Source: Thiohalomonadaceae bacterium (GTDB lineage: Bacteria; Pseudomonadota; Gammaproteobacteria; Thiohalomonadales; Thiohalomonadaceae). From it: DNA of 37,076 nucleotides. Position 1 is the first letter of the stretch; the number at the start of each line of letters is the position of its first letter. The DNA is taken from positions 1 through 37,076 of the forward strand of contig JBFFJV010000001.1 in assembly GCA_041555695.1 (NCBI GenBank). The letters are read 5' to 3'. The notes beneath the pieces are model-generated. The model saw nothing but the letters and a program-made list of their open reading frames with translations. It was not told where the DNA came from and did not search any database. This document shows positions 8,726-17,649 of the stretch, piece after piece. Position numbers and translations under genes: made by a program.

Positions 8726-9520
8726 ATGAGTAAAATTAAAATTCAAAACCTGTGCAAGCATTATATTGACCGTCGAACGCAGATGCGTAGTGACACGGAT
8801 ACCGCTGGTAAAGGCAAGTGCAGTAACGTTCTGGATAATATCGATCTGGAGATTGAAGAGGGAGAGATGGTCTGCATTCTGGGGCCTTCAGGTGCCGGCA
8901 AGTCGACATTGCTACGCATTGTTGCCGGTCACGATCAGGGAAGCTCAGGTCAGATTTTGATTAATGGTGCTGAGATTAACGGGCCCAGTCAGGATAATAT
9001 TTTTGTTTATCAGCAGAACGGCCTGCTGCCCTGGTATTCGGTGTGGGAGAATGTTGAGCTTGGTCTACGGCATATTGATGATGATGATGAGAGGAACAAC
9101 CGCATCCATGAATATATCGATATTGTGGAATTAACGGGCTTTGAGTACCACTATCCGCATCAGCTCTCCGGTGGTATGCAGCGTCGTGCCGAGCTGGCCC
9201 GTGCGCTTGCAGTCAACCCGGACATTCTTTTTATGGATGAACCCTTCACCGGACTCGATTACCTGACTCACCTCAAGATTCGCGAAGAGGTGATTAATAT
9301 GCACCCGTACTATCAGAAAACCACCTTGATGGTGACCCACTTTATTGATGACGCGCTGATTATGGCCGACCGTATCGTGGTGTTGGGGGAGCGACCTGCC
9401 AAGGTGATGATGGTGGAGAAACTCGATTATGCCCGGCCGCGCAATATTGAAAGAGAACCGGGCCTGCGGGAGTTACGTGACAAGATCTTCCTGATGCTGG
9501 GGGTCAGCTATGTTGCGTAA
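8726..9520 (+). CDS. ABC transporter ATP-binding protein
   Basis: Motifs present: Walker A GPSGAGKST, Q-loop YQQNGLLPW, signature LSGGMQRR, Walker B ILFMDEPFTGLD and H-loop MVTH. Confidence 0.92.
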   Translation: MSKIKIQNLCKHYIDRRTQMRSDTDTAGKGKCSNVLDNIDLEIEEGEMVCILGPSGAGKSTLLRIVAGHDQGSSGQILINGAEINGPSQDNIFVYQQNGLLPWYSVWENVELGLRHIDDDDERNNRIHEYIDIVELTGFEYHYPHQLSGGMQRRAELARALAVNPDILFMDEPFTGLDYLTHLKIREEVINMHPYYQKTTLMVTHFIDDALIMADRIVVLGERPAKVMMVEKLDYARPRNIEREPGLRELRDKIFLMLGVSYVA

Positions 9521-10553
9521 CAAATTCTGGTCACTAGCCTCTGCTAGTCTCTCCTCCAAGCTTTTTGTCATCCCAGTATTCTGGTTGATTGGCATCAGTG
9601 TTGCCCACTATTACCTGAACTTTGAGAGTAGTGATCGCCGGGTTTTTCGCATGGGTTATATGCCGGTGATCACCAATATGGCGGCGCCGCTTCTTGATTA
9701 CGTCTCAGAGGGTGAGGACGGTGTGCGATACAAGGCAATTAAGTACTCATCCTTTGCCGAGATGGCCGAATCGATACGCAACAACCATATCGATGCGGCC
9801 TTCATGATTGCACCACTCTCCATTGTGCTGCGCCAGCAGGGGACCGATATTAAGCTGGTTTATATCGGTAACCGTCACGAGAGCACGCTGGTGACGCGCA
9901 AGGACCTTAACATTACCGAGTTTCCGCAGCTGGCAGGTAAGACTGTTGCGGTGCCGATGCGTTTCTCCGGCCACAACCTGAGTGTGCTGCAGCTGGTGAA
10001 GAAGTATCAGCTGCAGGGTGATATCAATATTGTGGAGATGAATCCACCGGATATGGCCTCGGCCCTGGCTTCGGGCGAGCTGGATGCCTACTATGTGGGC
10101 GAACCCTTTGCCGCGAAGACCCTTAAGTCCGGTCATGCTTCACTGCTATCCTATGCAGAGGATGTATGGCCCAATTTCATCTGTAATCTGGTGATTGTGA
10201 ATAACTCCCTGATTGAATCTGATCCTGAGTTGATTCAGCAGTTCGTCAGTGCTGCAGCCCGCTCCGGACAATGGGCACAGAAGAACCCTGATGAAGCGGC
10301 AGAAATTGCCTCCTCCTACTGGAATCAGGATGTTGAACTGGTGAAATACGCTCTCAATACCCCGAAAAATCGTATCGTTTATGATCAGTTCGTACCACAG
10401 GCAGCTGAGATGCAGCAGATCGCAGACATGATGGTGGAGAATGCACTCATTGCTGATCACAGCATTGAGGGCCTGATTGATGACCGATTTGCCAGGAAGG
10501 CTGATCTTACCAGGATAGAAGGGCTGGGAAGTGTGCTGCAGAGCGGCTACTAG
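9510..10553 (+). CDS. ABC substrate-binding protein (NMT1/SsuA/NrtA-like) with an N-terminal membrane anchor
   Basis: The start overlaps the ATPase stop by 11 nt. The N-terminus is hydrophobic (KLFVIPVFWLIGISVAHYY) with no obvious lipobox. The body resembles NitT/TauT binding proteins (MGYMPVI..., AAFMIAPLSIV, YVGEPFAA). Confidence 0.75.
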   Translation: MLRNKFWSLASASLSSKLFVIPVFWLIGISVAHYYLNFESSDRRVFRMGYMPVITNMAAPLLDYVSEGEDGVRYKAIKYSSFAEMAESIRNNHIDAAFMIAPLSIVLRQQGTDIKLVYIGNRHESTLVTRKDLNITEFPQLAGKTVAVPMRFSGHNLSVLQLVKKYQLQGDINIVEMNPPDMASALASGELDAYYVGEPFAAKTLKSGHASLLSYAEDVWPNFICNLVIVNNSLIESDPELIQQFVSAAARSGQWAQKNPDEAAEIASSYWNQDVELVKYALNTPKNRIVYDQFVPQAAEMQQIADMMVENALIADHSIEGLIDDRFARKADLTRIEGLGSVLQSGY

Positions 10554-10858
10554 GGGTCTTAGCTCAAGGCGATTCTCTTTATAGATGTTTGCTCTAATCT
10601 GATTTATCATAGGCGTCTTTCGGGAGTAGCTAAAATTCGATGAAAAACCGCCACTTAGGTATTTTCATTCAGCGGCTGTCACTCTTCTGCGGGTTGCTTG
10701 CAACTGATTGAATCTGTGAGGAAAATCACGATTTCCCCTTCTTCAACCCGCTAATCTGAGTCCTCTCCCAGAACCGATTAATCCATAGCTGGCTGGCTGA
10801 TGTTCAGACCGGGCGGCTGTTTTATAAGTATTCGTTATTTGTTATTTGAGGTGTAAAG

Positions 10859-12157
10859 ATGCAGGTTTCAGTTGAGACAACCAACGGTCTTGAGCGTCGT
10901 ATGACCGTAGAGCTCCCCGTCGAGCGTATTGATGACGAGGTGCAGAACCGCCTCAAGCAGATGAGCCGTAGCGCCAAGGTGAAGGGCTTTCGCCCCGGTA
11001 AGGTGCCGCATAAGGTGCTGGCTCAGCAGTATGGAGCGCAGATCCGTGATGAGGTGGTTGGCGAGTTGATCCAGTCCAGTTATTTTGAAGCAGTAAGCAA
11101 GGAGAGCCTGCAGCCGGCGGGTATGCCGAGTATCGAGCCTAAGATAAACGAGGCCGGTAAAAACCTGGAATACACCGCTACCTTTGAGGTGATGCCTGAG
11201 GTGACTCTGGCCGATGTATCCGGTGCCAAGCTGGAGAAGCGTGTTGCCGAGGTGAGTGACGCAGACCTCGAAAAGATGATGGAAACCCTGCTCAAGCAGC
11301 GTGCGACCTGGGAAGCCGTCGATCGTGCCGCAGCCGAGGGCGACCGCTTGAATATCGACTTCAAGGGCACCATTGATGGAGAAGAGTTCTCCGGAAACTC
11401 TGGCGAGAATGTCCCGGTTACCATCGGTGCCAAGCGCATGATTGAGGGCTTCGAAGAGGGAATGGTTGGCGCCAAGGCAGGTGATGAGCTCACCCTGGAC
11501 CTCAGCTTCCCCGAGGAGTACCCCCACAAGGAGGTTGCTGGCAAGCCGGTACAGTTCGCGGTTAAGGTGAACAGCGTGGAAGAGTCCAAGCTGCCTGTGC
11601 TGGACGAAGAGTTTGCCAAGAGCTTTGGGATTGGAGATGGCAGTCTTGAGTCCCTGCATCAGGAGGTGCGCCAGAATATGGAGCGCGAAATGAAGCAGGC
11701 TCTGACCGAGGGCAATAAGCAGGCGGTGATGGATAAGCTGGTTGAGCTTAATCCAATCGAGGTGCCCCAGGCTCTGGTAGAGAGTGAAGCCGAGAACCTC
11801 AAACAGCAGATGCAGCAGCAGATGCACATACCGGATGGCAAGTCTGGGGTCGAGCTCGATAACGGGATGTTCCGTGAGCAGGCGCAGCGCCGTGTCTCTC
11901 TGGGCCTGATTCTCTCTGAGCTGATTAAGAGCAAAGGGCTGAAGGCAGATGAAGATAAGGTTCGTGCCAAGGTCGATGAGCTGGCAGCTACCTACGAGGA
12001 GCCTCAGCAGGTGATCGACTGGTACTACGGCGATAAGAGCCGCCTGTCTCAGGTGGAGAGCCTGGTACTGGAAGATGCCGTGGTTGACTGGGTATTCGAA
12101 CAGGCAGATGTGACGGAGAAAAGTGGCAGTTTCGACGAAGTAATGGGTCGAGGCTAA
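10859..12157 (+). CDS. tig: Trigger factor
   Basis: [20 protein letters not shown]...GFRPGKVP is the canonical trigger-factor N-terminus. There is an internal FKBP-type PPIase segment. GAGGTG lies upstream of the start, and the gene sits in the tig-clpP-clpX-lon synteny. Confidence 0.97.
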   Translation: MQVSVETTNGLERRMTVELPVERIDDEVQNRLKQMSRSAKVKGFRPGKVPHKVLAQQYGAQIRDEVVGELIQSSYFEAVSKESLQPAGMPSIEPKINEAGKNLEYTATFEVMPEVTLADVSGAKLEKRVAEVSDADLEKMMETLLKQRATWEAVDRAAAEGDRLNIDFKGTIDGEEFSGNSGENVPVTIGAKRMIEGFEEGMVGAKAGDELTLDLSFPEEYPHKEVAGKPVQFAVKVNSVEESKLPVLDEEFAKSFGIGDGSLESLHQEVRQNMEREMKQALTEGNKQAVMDKLVELNPIEVPQALVESEAENLKQQMQQQMHIPDGKSGVELDNGMFREQAQRRVSLGLILSELIKSKGLKADEDKVRAKVDELAATYEEPQQVIDWYYGDKSRLSQVESLVLEDAVVDWVFEQADVTEKSGSFDEVMGRG

Positions 12158-12186
12158 CTCAGACCAAGTTAAAGGAAACTGATGCA

Positions 12187-12828
12187 ATGATCGACAACAG
12201 CAATATGAACGGTGCACTGGATACGAAAAATCTGGGTTTGATCCCCATGGTGGTCGAGCAGACCTCCCGTGGTGAGCGCTCCTACGACATCTACTCCCGA
12301 CTGCTCAAGGAGCGGGTAATCTTTGCCGTCGGGCCGGTAGAAGACCACATGGCCAATTTGATCGTGGCGCAGCTGTTGTTCCTGGAGTCGGAAAATCCGG
12401 ATAAGGACATTCACCTCTACATCAACTCTCCAGGTGGCTCGGTTAGCGCGGGCCTGGCGATTTACGACACCATGCAGTTCATCAAGCCGAAGGTCAACAC
12501 CATGTGCATCGGCATGGCGGCGAGCATGGGGGCCGTGTTGCTGGCCGGTGGAGCAGAGGGCAAGCGTTTTGCTCTACCGCACAGCCGGGTGATGATTCAC
12601 CAGCCGCTGGGTGGTTATCAGGGCCAGGCAACGGATATTGAAATTCATGCCCGTGAGATTCTGAAGATTCGCGAACAGCTCAACGGTATTCTCGCCAGCC
12701 ACAGCGGTCAGCCGATCGAGCGTATCCAGCAGGATACCGAGCGTGACAACTTCATGAGCGGTAGCGAGGCGGTGGAATATGGCCTTATAGATCAAGTGCT
12801 TGGTAACCGTGCGGGTGAGGGGGAGTAG
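12187..12828 (+). CDS. clpP: ATP-dependent Clp protease proteolytic subunit
   Basis: [35 protein letters not shown] (catalytic Ser context) and MIHQPLGG (His context). AAGGAA lies 9 nt upstream. Confidence 0.97.
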   Translation: MIDNSNMNGALDTKNLGLIPMVVEQTSRGERSYDIYSRLLKERVIFAVGPVEDHMANLIVAQLLFLESENPDKDIHLYINSPGGSVSAGLAIYDTMQFIKPKVNTMCIGMAASMGAVLLAGGAEGKRFALPHSRVMIHQPLGGYQGQATDIEIHAREILKIREQLNGILASHSGQPIERIQQDTERDNFMSGSEAVEYGLIDQVLGNRAGEGE

Positions 12829-12943
12829 TTCCTTCTCGCTCATCAGTCTGGTGGCTGATTCAATCCATAAAGAACAGGGGGTTGAAATATGACGCCAGAC
12901 TATGCATGTTTGACATATATCGATAGTAATACAGGAATAGGCG

Positions 12944-14224
12944 ATGCCTGAAAATACGACTGGCAAAGGTGATGACAACGGCAAACTGCTCTACTGCTCC
13001 TTCTGTGGTAAGAGCCAGCATGAGGTGCGTAAGCTGATCGCCGGGCCTTCTGTCTTTATCTGCGATGAGTGTGTCGAGCTGTGTAACGACATTATTCGTG
13101 AAGAGATTCAGGAGGAGTCGAGTGGTAGTGTCGGTAGTCAGCTGCCCACGCCTCATGAGATTAACGAAAGTCTTGATGAATACGTGATTGGCCAGAAACG
13201 TGCCAAGAAGGTGCTGTCGGTGGCGGTTTACAACCACTACAAGCGCCTTAATGCCGGGAAGAACAAGGACGAGGTAGAGCTGGCCAAGAGTAATATCCTG
13301 CTGATAGGTCCTACCGGTTCGGGTAAGACCTTGCTGGCCGAGACTTTGGCGCGCCTGCTAAATGTGCCCTTCACTATTGCTGATGCCACCACCCTTACTG
13401 AGGCGGGTTACGTTGGTGAAGATGTGGAGAACATCATCCAGAAGTTGTTGCAGAAGTGCGATTACGACGTGGAGAAGGCGCAGACAGGTATTGTCTATAT
13501 TGACGAAATCGACAAAATCTCGCGCAAGTCTGACAACCCTTCGATTACCCGTGATGTATCGGGTGAGGGTGTACAGCAGGCACTGCTCAAGCTGATCGAG
13601 GGCACTGTTGCCTCGGTACCGCCGCAGGGTGGTCGCAAGCACCCGCAGCAGGAGTTTTTGCAGGTCGATACCTCGAATATCCTCTTTATCTGTGGTGGTG
13701 CCTTCGCCGGACTGGATCGGGTGATTCGGAATCGTTCTGAGAAGGGTGGTATTGGCTTCTCCGCTGAGGTGAAGAGCAAGGATGAGAAGAAGAGCTACAC
13801 TGAAATGCTACTCAGCGTCGAGCCGGAGGATTTGGTGCAGTATGGCCTGATCCCTGAGTTCGTGGGACGTCTGCCGGTACACGCGACGCTGGAAGAGCTG
13901 GATGAGGATGCTCTCGTCTCAATACTTACCGAGCCGAAGAACGCGCTGATTAAACAGTATGGCAGACTCTTCGATATGGAGGATGTGGAGCTGGAGTTCC
14001 GCGAGGATGCGCTGCTTTCCATTGCCACCAGGGCGATGGAGCGCAAGACCGGTGCCCGTGGCCTGCGCTCTATCCTGGAGACAACCCTGCTCGATACGAT
14101 GTATGATTTACCCTCTATGGAAGGAGTGAGTAAGGTGGTGATCGATGCAGGTGTCATTGAAGGCGAGTCTGAGCCGCTGCTGATATACAAAAGCGCCGAG
14201 CAGAGCGTCGCTGCAGCTGACTAA
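12944..14224 (+). CDS. clpX: ATP-dependent Clp protease ATP-binding subunit ClpX
   Basis: N-terminal zinc-binding CSFCGK...CDECV, Walker A GPTGSGKT, Walker [10 protein letters not shown] and the pore-loop GYVGED. Confidence 0.98.
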   Translation: MPENTTGKGDDNGKLLYCSFCGKSQHEVRKLIAGPSVFICDECVELCNDIIREEIQEESSGSVGSQLPTPHEINESLDEYVIGQKRAKKVLSVAVYNHYKRLNAGKNKDEVELAKSNILLIGPTGSGKTLLAETLARLLNVPFTIADATTLTEAGYVGEDVENIIQKLLQKCDYDVEKAQTGIVYIDEIDKISRKSDNPSITRDVSGEGVQQALLKLIEGTVASVPPQGGRKHPQQEFLQVDTSNILFICGGAFAGLDRVIRNRSEKGGIGFSAEVKSKDEKKSYTEMLLSVEPEDLVQYGLIPEFVGRLPVHATLEELDEDALVSILTEPKNALIKQYGRLFDMEDVELEFREDALLSIATRAMERKTGARGLRSILETTLLDTMYDLPSMEGVSKVVIDAGVIEGESEPLLIYKSAEQSVAAAD

Positions 14225-14232
14225 CCCCTGTC

Positions 14233-14270
14233 GGGTGCGGTTATCGACACCGCACCCGCAACTATTTTTC
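14233..14270 (+). terminator. Hairpin plus T-tract downstream of clpX (possible partial terminator)
   Basis: A perfect 9-bp stem, GGGTGCGGT (14233-14241) pairing with ACCGCACCC (14249-14257), has a 7-nt loop. The T-run (TATTTTT) follows only after a 6-nt spacer, so this is not a textbook intrinsic terminator. Confidence 0.4.
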
Positions 14271-14303
14271 CCCTTGATTCCCGCGCGAATAGTCCGCATA
14301 ATT
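14268..14303 (+). promoter_or_regulatory. Putative sigma-32 heat-shock promoter for lon
   Basis: TTCCCCTTGATT - 14 nt - CCGCATAAT resembles the sigma-32 consensus (CCCTTGAA - 13-15 nt - CCCCATNT). It lies about 80 nt upstream of the lon ATG, where E. coli lon has its sigma-32 promoter. Confidence 0.45.
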
Positions 14304-14382
14304 AATAGCATAGTAAATAGCTTGGTTATTCTGTGCGTGCGGTATTCCGCCCGGCTAGAATGGCCCAAAGAGGTGCAATCCG

Positions 14383-16806
14383 ATGGATGCTAAGGACAAG
14401 ATTTCTGAAGTAAGCGAACAACTGCGGACGATTCCGGTGCTGCCGTTGCGTGATGTGGTGGTCTATCCACACATGGTTATCCCACTGTTCGTCGGTCGTG
14501 ATAAATCAATTAATGCACTGGAAGCTGCGATGGAAGAGGACAAGGAGATCCTGCTGGTGGCACAAAGAAGTGCCTCAGAAGATGATCCTGGTGAAGAAGA
14601 TATATACCGTATTGGTACCCTCTCGACTATCTTGCAGCTACTGAAACTTCCCGACGGTACCGTAAAAGTACTGGTGGAGGGGGGACAGCGCGCCAAGATA
14701 GTCAACTTTATCGAACAGGAAGAGTTCTTCTCGGCGCAAATATCGGTGCTGGAGGCCGAGCCCATTGAGGAGCGTGAGGCCGAGGTACTATCGCGTTCAG
14801 TGCTCAATCAGTTTGATCAGTACGTCAAGCTGAATAAGAAAGTGCCGCCTGAGGTTTTGACCTCGCTCTCCGGTATTGAAGATGCGAATCGCTTACTCGA
14901 TACCATTGCCGCGCATATGGCGCTGAAGATCGATGAGAAGCAGGAGATTCTGGCAATTACCGATCTGCGGGAGCGCTTTGAGCACCTGCTGGCGATGATG
15001 GAGTCGGAGCTGGATCTATTGCAGGTGGAGAAGCGCATCCGTGGTCGCGTTAAAAAGCAGATGGAGAAGAGCCAGCGCGAGTACTACCTCAATGAGCAGA
15101 TGAAGGCGATCCAGAAGGAGCTGGGTGACCTTGACGAGGCTCCTAATGAAATGGAGGAGCTGGAGCAGAAGATCGAAAAGGCCGGCATGTCCAAAGAGGC
15201 GAAGGACAAGGCCACTGCAGAGCTGAACAAGTTAAAGATGATGTCACCCATGTCCGCTGAAGCGACTGTGGTGCGCAATTATATCGACTGGATTGTGCAG
15301 GTGCCGTGGAAGAAGAAATCCAAGGTGAGACACGATCTGGCCTTAGCTGAAAAGGTGCTGGAAGAGGACCACTACGGTCTGGAGAAGGTGAAGGAACGGA
15401 TCCTCGAATACCTCGCAGTACAGAAGCGGGTGAAAAAACTGAAGGGCCCGATCCTCTGCCTGGTCGGACCGCCCGGTGTTGGTAAGACCTCGCTGGGTAA
15501 GTCGATTGCGCGGGCAACCAATCGCAAGTTTGTGCGTATGGCCCTGGGTGGAGTACGTGACGAGGCGGAGATCCGTGGTCACCGTCGTACCTACATCGGT
15601 TCAATGCCAGGCAAGATCGTGCAGAATCTTGCCAAGGTTGAGACCCGTAATCCACTGTTCCTGCTTGATGAGATCGACAAAATGGCTTCCGACTTCCGTG
15701 GCGATCCCGCCTCGGCGATGCTGGAGGTACTTGACCCGGAGCAGAATCACACCTTTAACGATCACTACCTGGAGGTCGATTATGACCTTTCCGATGTGAT
15801 GTTCATCGCCACCTCTAATTCAATGAACATCCCCGGCCCGCTGCTGGACCGGATGGAGGTGATCCGCATTGCCGGCTATACCGAGGATGAAAAGCTCAAC
15901 ATCGCACGCCGCTACCTGGTCTCCAAGGAGATGAAGGCTAACGGCCTGAAAGACGATGAGATCGTTATCAACGATGAGGCTCTGCTCGATATTGTGCGCT
16001 ACTACACCCGTGAGGCGGGGGTGCGTGGCCTGCAGCGCGAGGTGGCCAAGATCTGCCGCAAGGTGGTGAAGGAGCTGGTATCCGATGAGTCGCGCAAGCA
16101 GATTAGCGTCGGCAGTGATAATCTTGATGAATTCCTGGGTGTGCGTCGTTTCCGTTTCGGACTGGCCGAGGAGTCGGATCAGGTCGGTCAGGTAACGGGC
16201 CTGGCCTGGACCGAAGTGGGCGGCGAACTACTGAGTATCGAAACGGTGGTAGTGCCGGGTAAAGGTAAGCACACCGTTACCGGACAGCTGGGTGATGTGA
16301 TGAAGGAGTCGATCCAGGCTGCGATGAGTGTGGTGCGTAGCCGCGCCGCTGGCCTGGGAATTCGTCCTGATTTCTACGAGAACCAGGATATCCATGTGCA
16401 TGTGCCTGAAGGGGCAATCCCCAAAGACGGCCCCAGTGCCGGTATCGGTATGTGTACAGCGCTGGTTTCAGTGCTAACCGGTATTCCGGTGCGTGCTGAT
16501 GTGGCGATGACCGGAGAGATTACCCTGCGCGGTGAGGTGCTGCCCATTGGTGGTCTGAAGGAGAAACTGCTGGCGGCCTCTCGTGGTGGCATCAAGACGG
16601 TAATCATTCCTGAAGAGAATCGTCGTAATCTTGAGGACGTGCCAGATAACATAACAGATAATCTGGATATTCATCCTGTAAAGTGGATCGACGAGGTGAT
16701 CGACCTCGCCCTGGTGAGCAAACCCGAGCCTCTTTCTGAAGAAGAGGTAATGGAAATTGTCAAGGCGAAAAAGGAAAAGAAACCGAATAACCTGCAAACC
16801 CATTAG
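14383..16806 (+). CDS. lon: Lon protease
   Basis: LON N-domain ([23 protein letters not shown]), AAA+ Walker [10 protein letters not shown], Walker [10 protein letters not shown] and the proteolytic Ser context PKDGPSAGI. Confidence 0.98.
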   Translation: MDAKDKISEVSEQLRTIPVLPLRDVVVYPHMVIPLFVGRDKSINALEAAMEEDKEILLVAQRSASEDDPGEEDIYRIGTLSTILQLLKLPDGTVKVLVEGGQRAKIVNFIEQEEFFSAQISVLEAEPIEEREAEVLSRSVLNQFDQYVKLNKKVPPEVLTSLSGIEDANRLLDTIAAHMALKIDEKQEILAITDLRERFEHLLAMMESELDLLQVEKRIRGRVKKQMEKSQREYYLNEQMKAIQKELGDLDEAPNEMEELEQKIEKAGMSKEAKDKATAELNKLKMMSPMSAEATVVRNYIDWIVQVPWKKKSKVRHDLALAEKVLEEDHYGLEKVKERILEYLAVQKRVKKLKGPILCLVGPPGVGKTSLGKSIARATNRKFVRMALGGVRDEAEIRGHRRTYIGSMPGKIVQNLAKVETRNPLFLLDEIDKMASDFRGDPASAMLEVLDPEQNHTFNDHYLEVDYDLSDVMFIATSNSMNIPGPLLDRMEVIRIAGYTEDEKLNIARRYLVSKEMKANGLKDDEIVINDEALLDIVRYYTREAGVRGLQREVAKICRKVVKELVSDESRKQISVGSDNLDEFLGVRRFRFGLAEESDQVGQVTGLAWTEVGGELLSIETVVVPGKGKHTVTGQLGDVMKESIQAAMSVVRSRAAGLGIRPDFYENQDIHVHVPEGAIPKDGPSAGIGMCTALVSVLTGIPVRADVAMTGEITLRGEVLPIGGLKEKLLAASRGGIKTVIIPEENRRNLEDVPDNITDNLDIHPVKWIDEVIDLALVSKPEPLSEEEVMEIVKAKKEKKPNNLQTH

Positions 16807-16812
16807 GGTGAT

Positions 16813-16857
16813 AAAGGCGATAGATGGCGCTATAGTTTTTCCCACTGTCGCCTTTTT
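16813..16857 (+). terminator. Probable intrinsic terminator after lon
   Basis: AAAGGCGA (16813-16820) pairs with TCGCCTTT (16848-16855) and the inner stem extends imperfectly. The 3' arm runs into TTTTT. The loop is large, hence the moderate confidence. Confidence 0.45.
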
Positions 16858-16943
16858 ACATGAATAAACTAAGCTAAGTTGTTAATAGCTCGATAAGTAT
16901 CGCTTAAAGCCGCATAAAACCGCGATTTTAAGCAGTACACTGC

Positions 16944-16973
16944 TTGACAGTAGTAAGAGCCAGTTGGTATAAA
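16944..16973 (+). promoter_or_regulatory. Putative sigma-70 promoter for hupB
   Basis: A perfect -35 TTGACA (16944-16949), an 18-nt spacer, then TATAAA (16968-16973), about 130 nt upstream of hupB. Confidence 0.5.
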
Positions 16974-17102
16974 TTCGCGAAGATTTTTATTGCCGTTCAA
17001 CATAAATTAAATGGCGGCGTTTTTTGTAAGTGTTATACGTCTTATCTAAATAACTAGAGCAAGACCCAATAATCCTACCAAACGGAACGAGGGGAGAAAC
17101 CT

Positions 17103-17375
17103 GTGAACAAATCTGAAATGATTGATGCAATTGCTGAAGGTGCTGATATTTCTAAAGCTGCTGCTGGTCGTGCACTGGATGCGATGGTTGAAGCTGTAAC
17201 TGAGACTCTGAAAAAGGGTGAAACCGTAAACCTGATCGGTTTTGGTACCTTCGAAGTACGTGATCGCAAGGCTCGTACCGGCCGTAACCCGCAGACTGGT
17301 GCCACCATTCAGATCGCTGCTGCTAAATCTCCTGCCTTCAAGGCTGGTAAAGCGCTTAAGGATGCAGTAAACTAG
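17103..17375 (+). CDS. hupB: DNA-binding protein HU-beta
   Basis: [27 protein letters not shown]...[21 protein letters not shown]...[12 protein letters not shown] is a 90-aa HU-family protein. It has a GTG start with GAGGGGAG upstream and the conserved position after lon. Confidence 0.96.
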   Translation: MNKSEMIDAIAEGADISKAAAGRALDAMVEAVTETLKKGETVNLIGFGTFEVRDRKARTGRNPQTGATIQIAAAKSPAFKAGKALKDAVN

Positions 17376-17392
17376 CGCGCCTTTGAGACATC

Positions 17393-17468
17393 GGGTGCTT
17401 AGCTCAGCTGGGAGAGCATCGCCCTTACAAGGCGAGGGTCGGGGGTTCGATCCCCTCAGCACCCACCA
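17393..17468 (+). tRNA. tRNA-Val (anticodon TAC)
   Basis: A 76-nt cloverleaf: acceptor GGGTGCT/AGCACCC, D-arm AGCTCAGCTGGGAGAGC, anticodon loop CTTACAA, T-arm GGGGGTTCGATCCCCT and an encoded CCA. Confidence 0.95.
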
Positions 17469-17487
17469 AACAAGAAAAGTAAAATTC

Positions 17488-17564
17488 GGAGCGGTAGTTC
17501 AGTTGGTTAGAATACCGGCCTGTCACGCCGGGGGTCGCGGGTTCGAGTCCCGTCCGCTCCGCCA
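17488..17564 (+). tRNA. tRNA-Asp (anticodon GTC)
   Basis: A 77-nt cloverleaf: acceptor GGAGCGG/CCGCTCC, D-arm AGTTCAGTTGGTTAGAAT, anticodon loop CTGTCAC, T-arm GCGGGTTCGAGTCCCGT and an encoded CCA. Confidence 0.95.
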
Positions 17565-17574
17565 ATATTGAACC

Positions 17575-17602
17575 AAGGGCGCATTTTTATGCGCCCTTTT
17601 TT
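17575..17602 (+). terminator. Intrinsic terminator after the tRNA pair
   Basis: A 9-bp stem, AAGGGCGCA (17575-17583) pairing with TGCGCCCTT (17590-17598), has a 6-nt loop and is followed by a T-run. Confidence 0.8.
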
Positions 17603-17649
17603 CTTTCTAGAATCCATAAACACAAAATGGCAGCAGGAACATAGCCGAT

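Noticed and set aside
10868-12217. 449-aa ORF on the minus strand
   Set aside because: It lies entirely antisense to trigger factor, whose identity is unambiguous. The product is Leu/His/Gln-rich with no recognisable motif. This is a typical shadow ORF.
12829-12943. Possible sigma-32 (GTTGAAA...ATGCATGT) or sigma-70 (TTGACA) promoter in the clpP-clpX spacer
   Set aside because: The -10 matches are poor, and the spacing to any TATAAT-like hexamer is wrong for the TTGACA. I cannot support a call.
17046-17571. ORFs 17046-17462 (-) and 17383-17571 (+)
   Set aside because: They overlap hupB and run through the two tRNA genes, so they are translation artefacts of structured RNA sequence.
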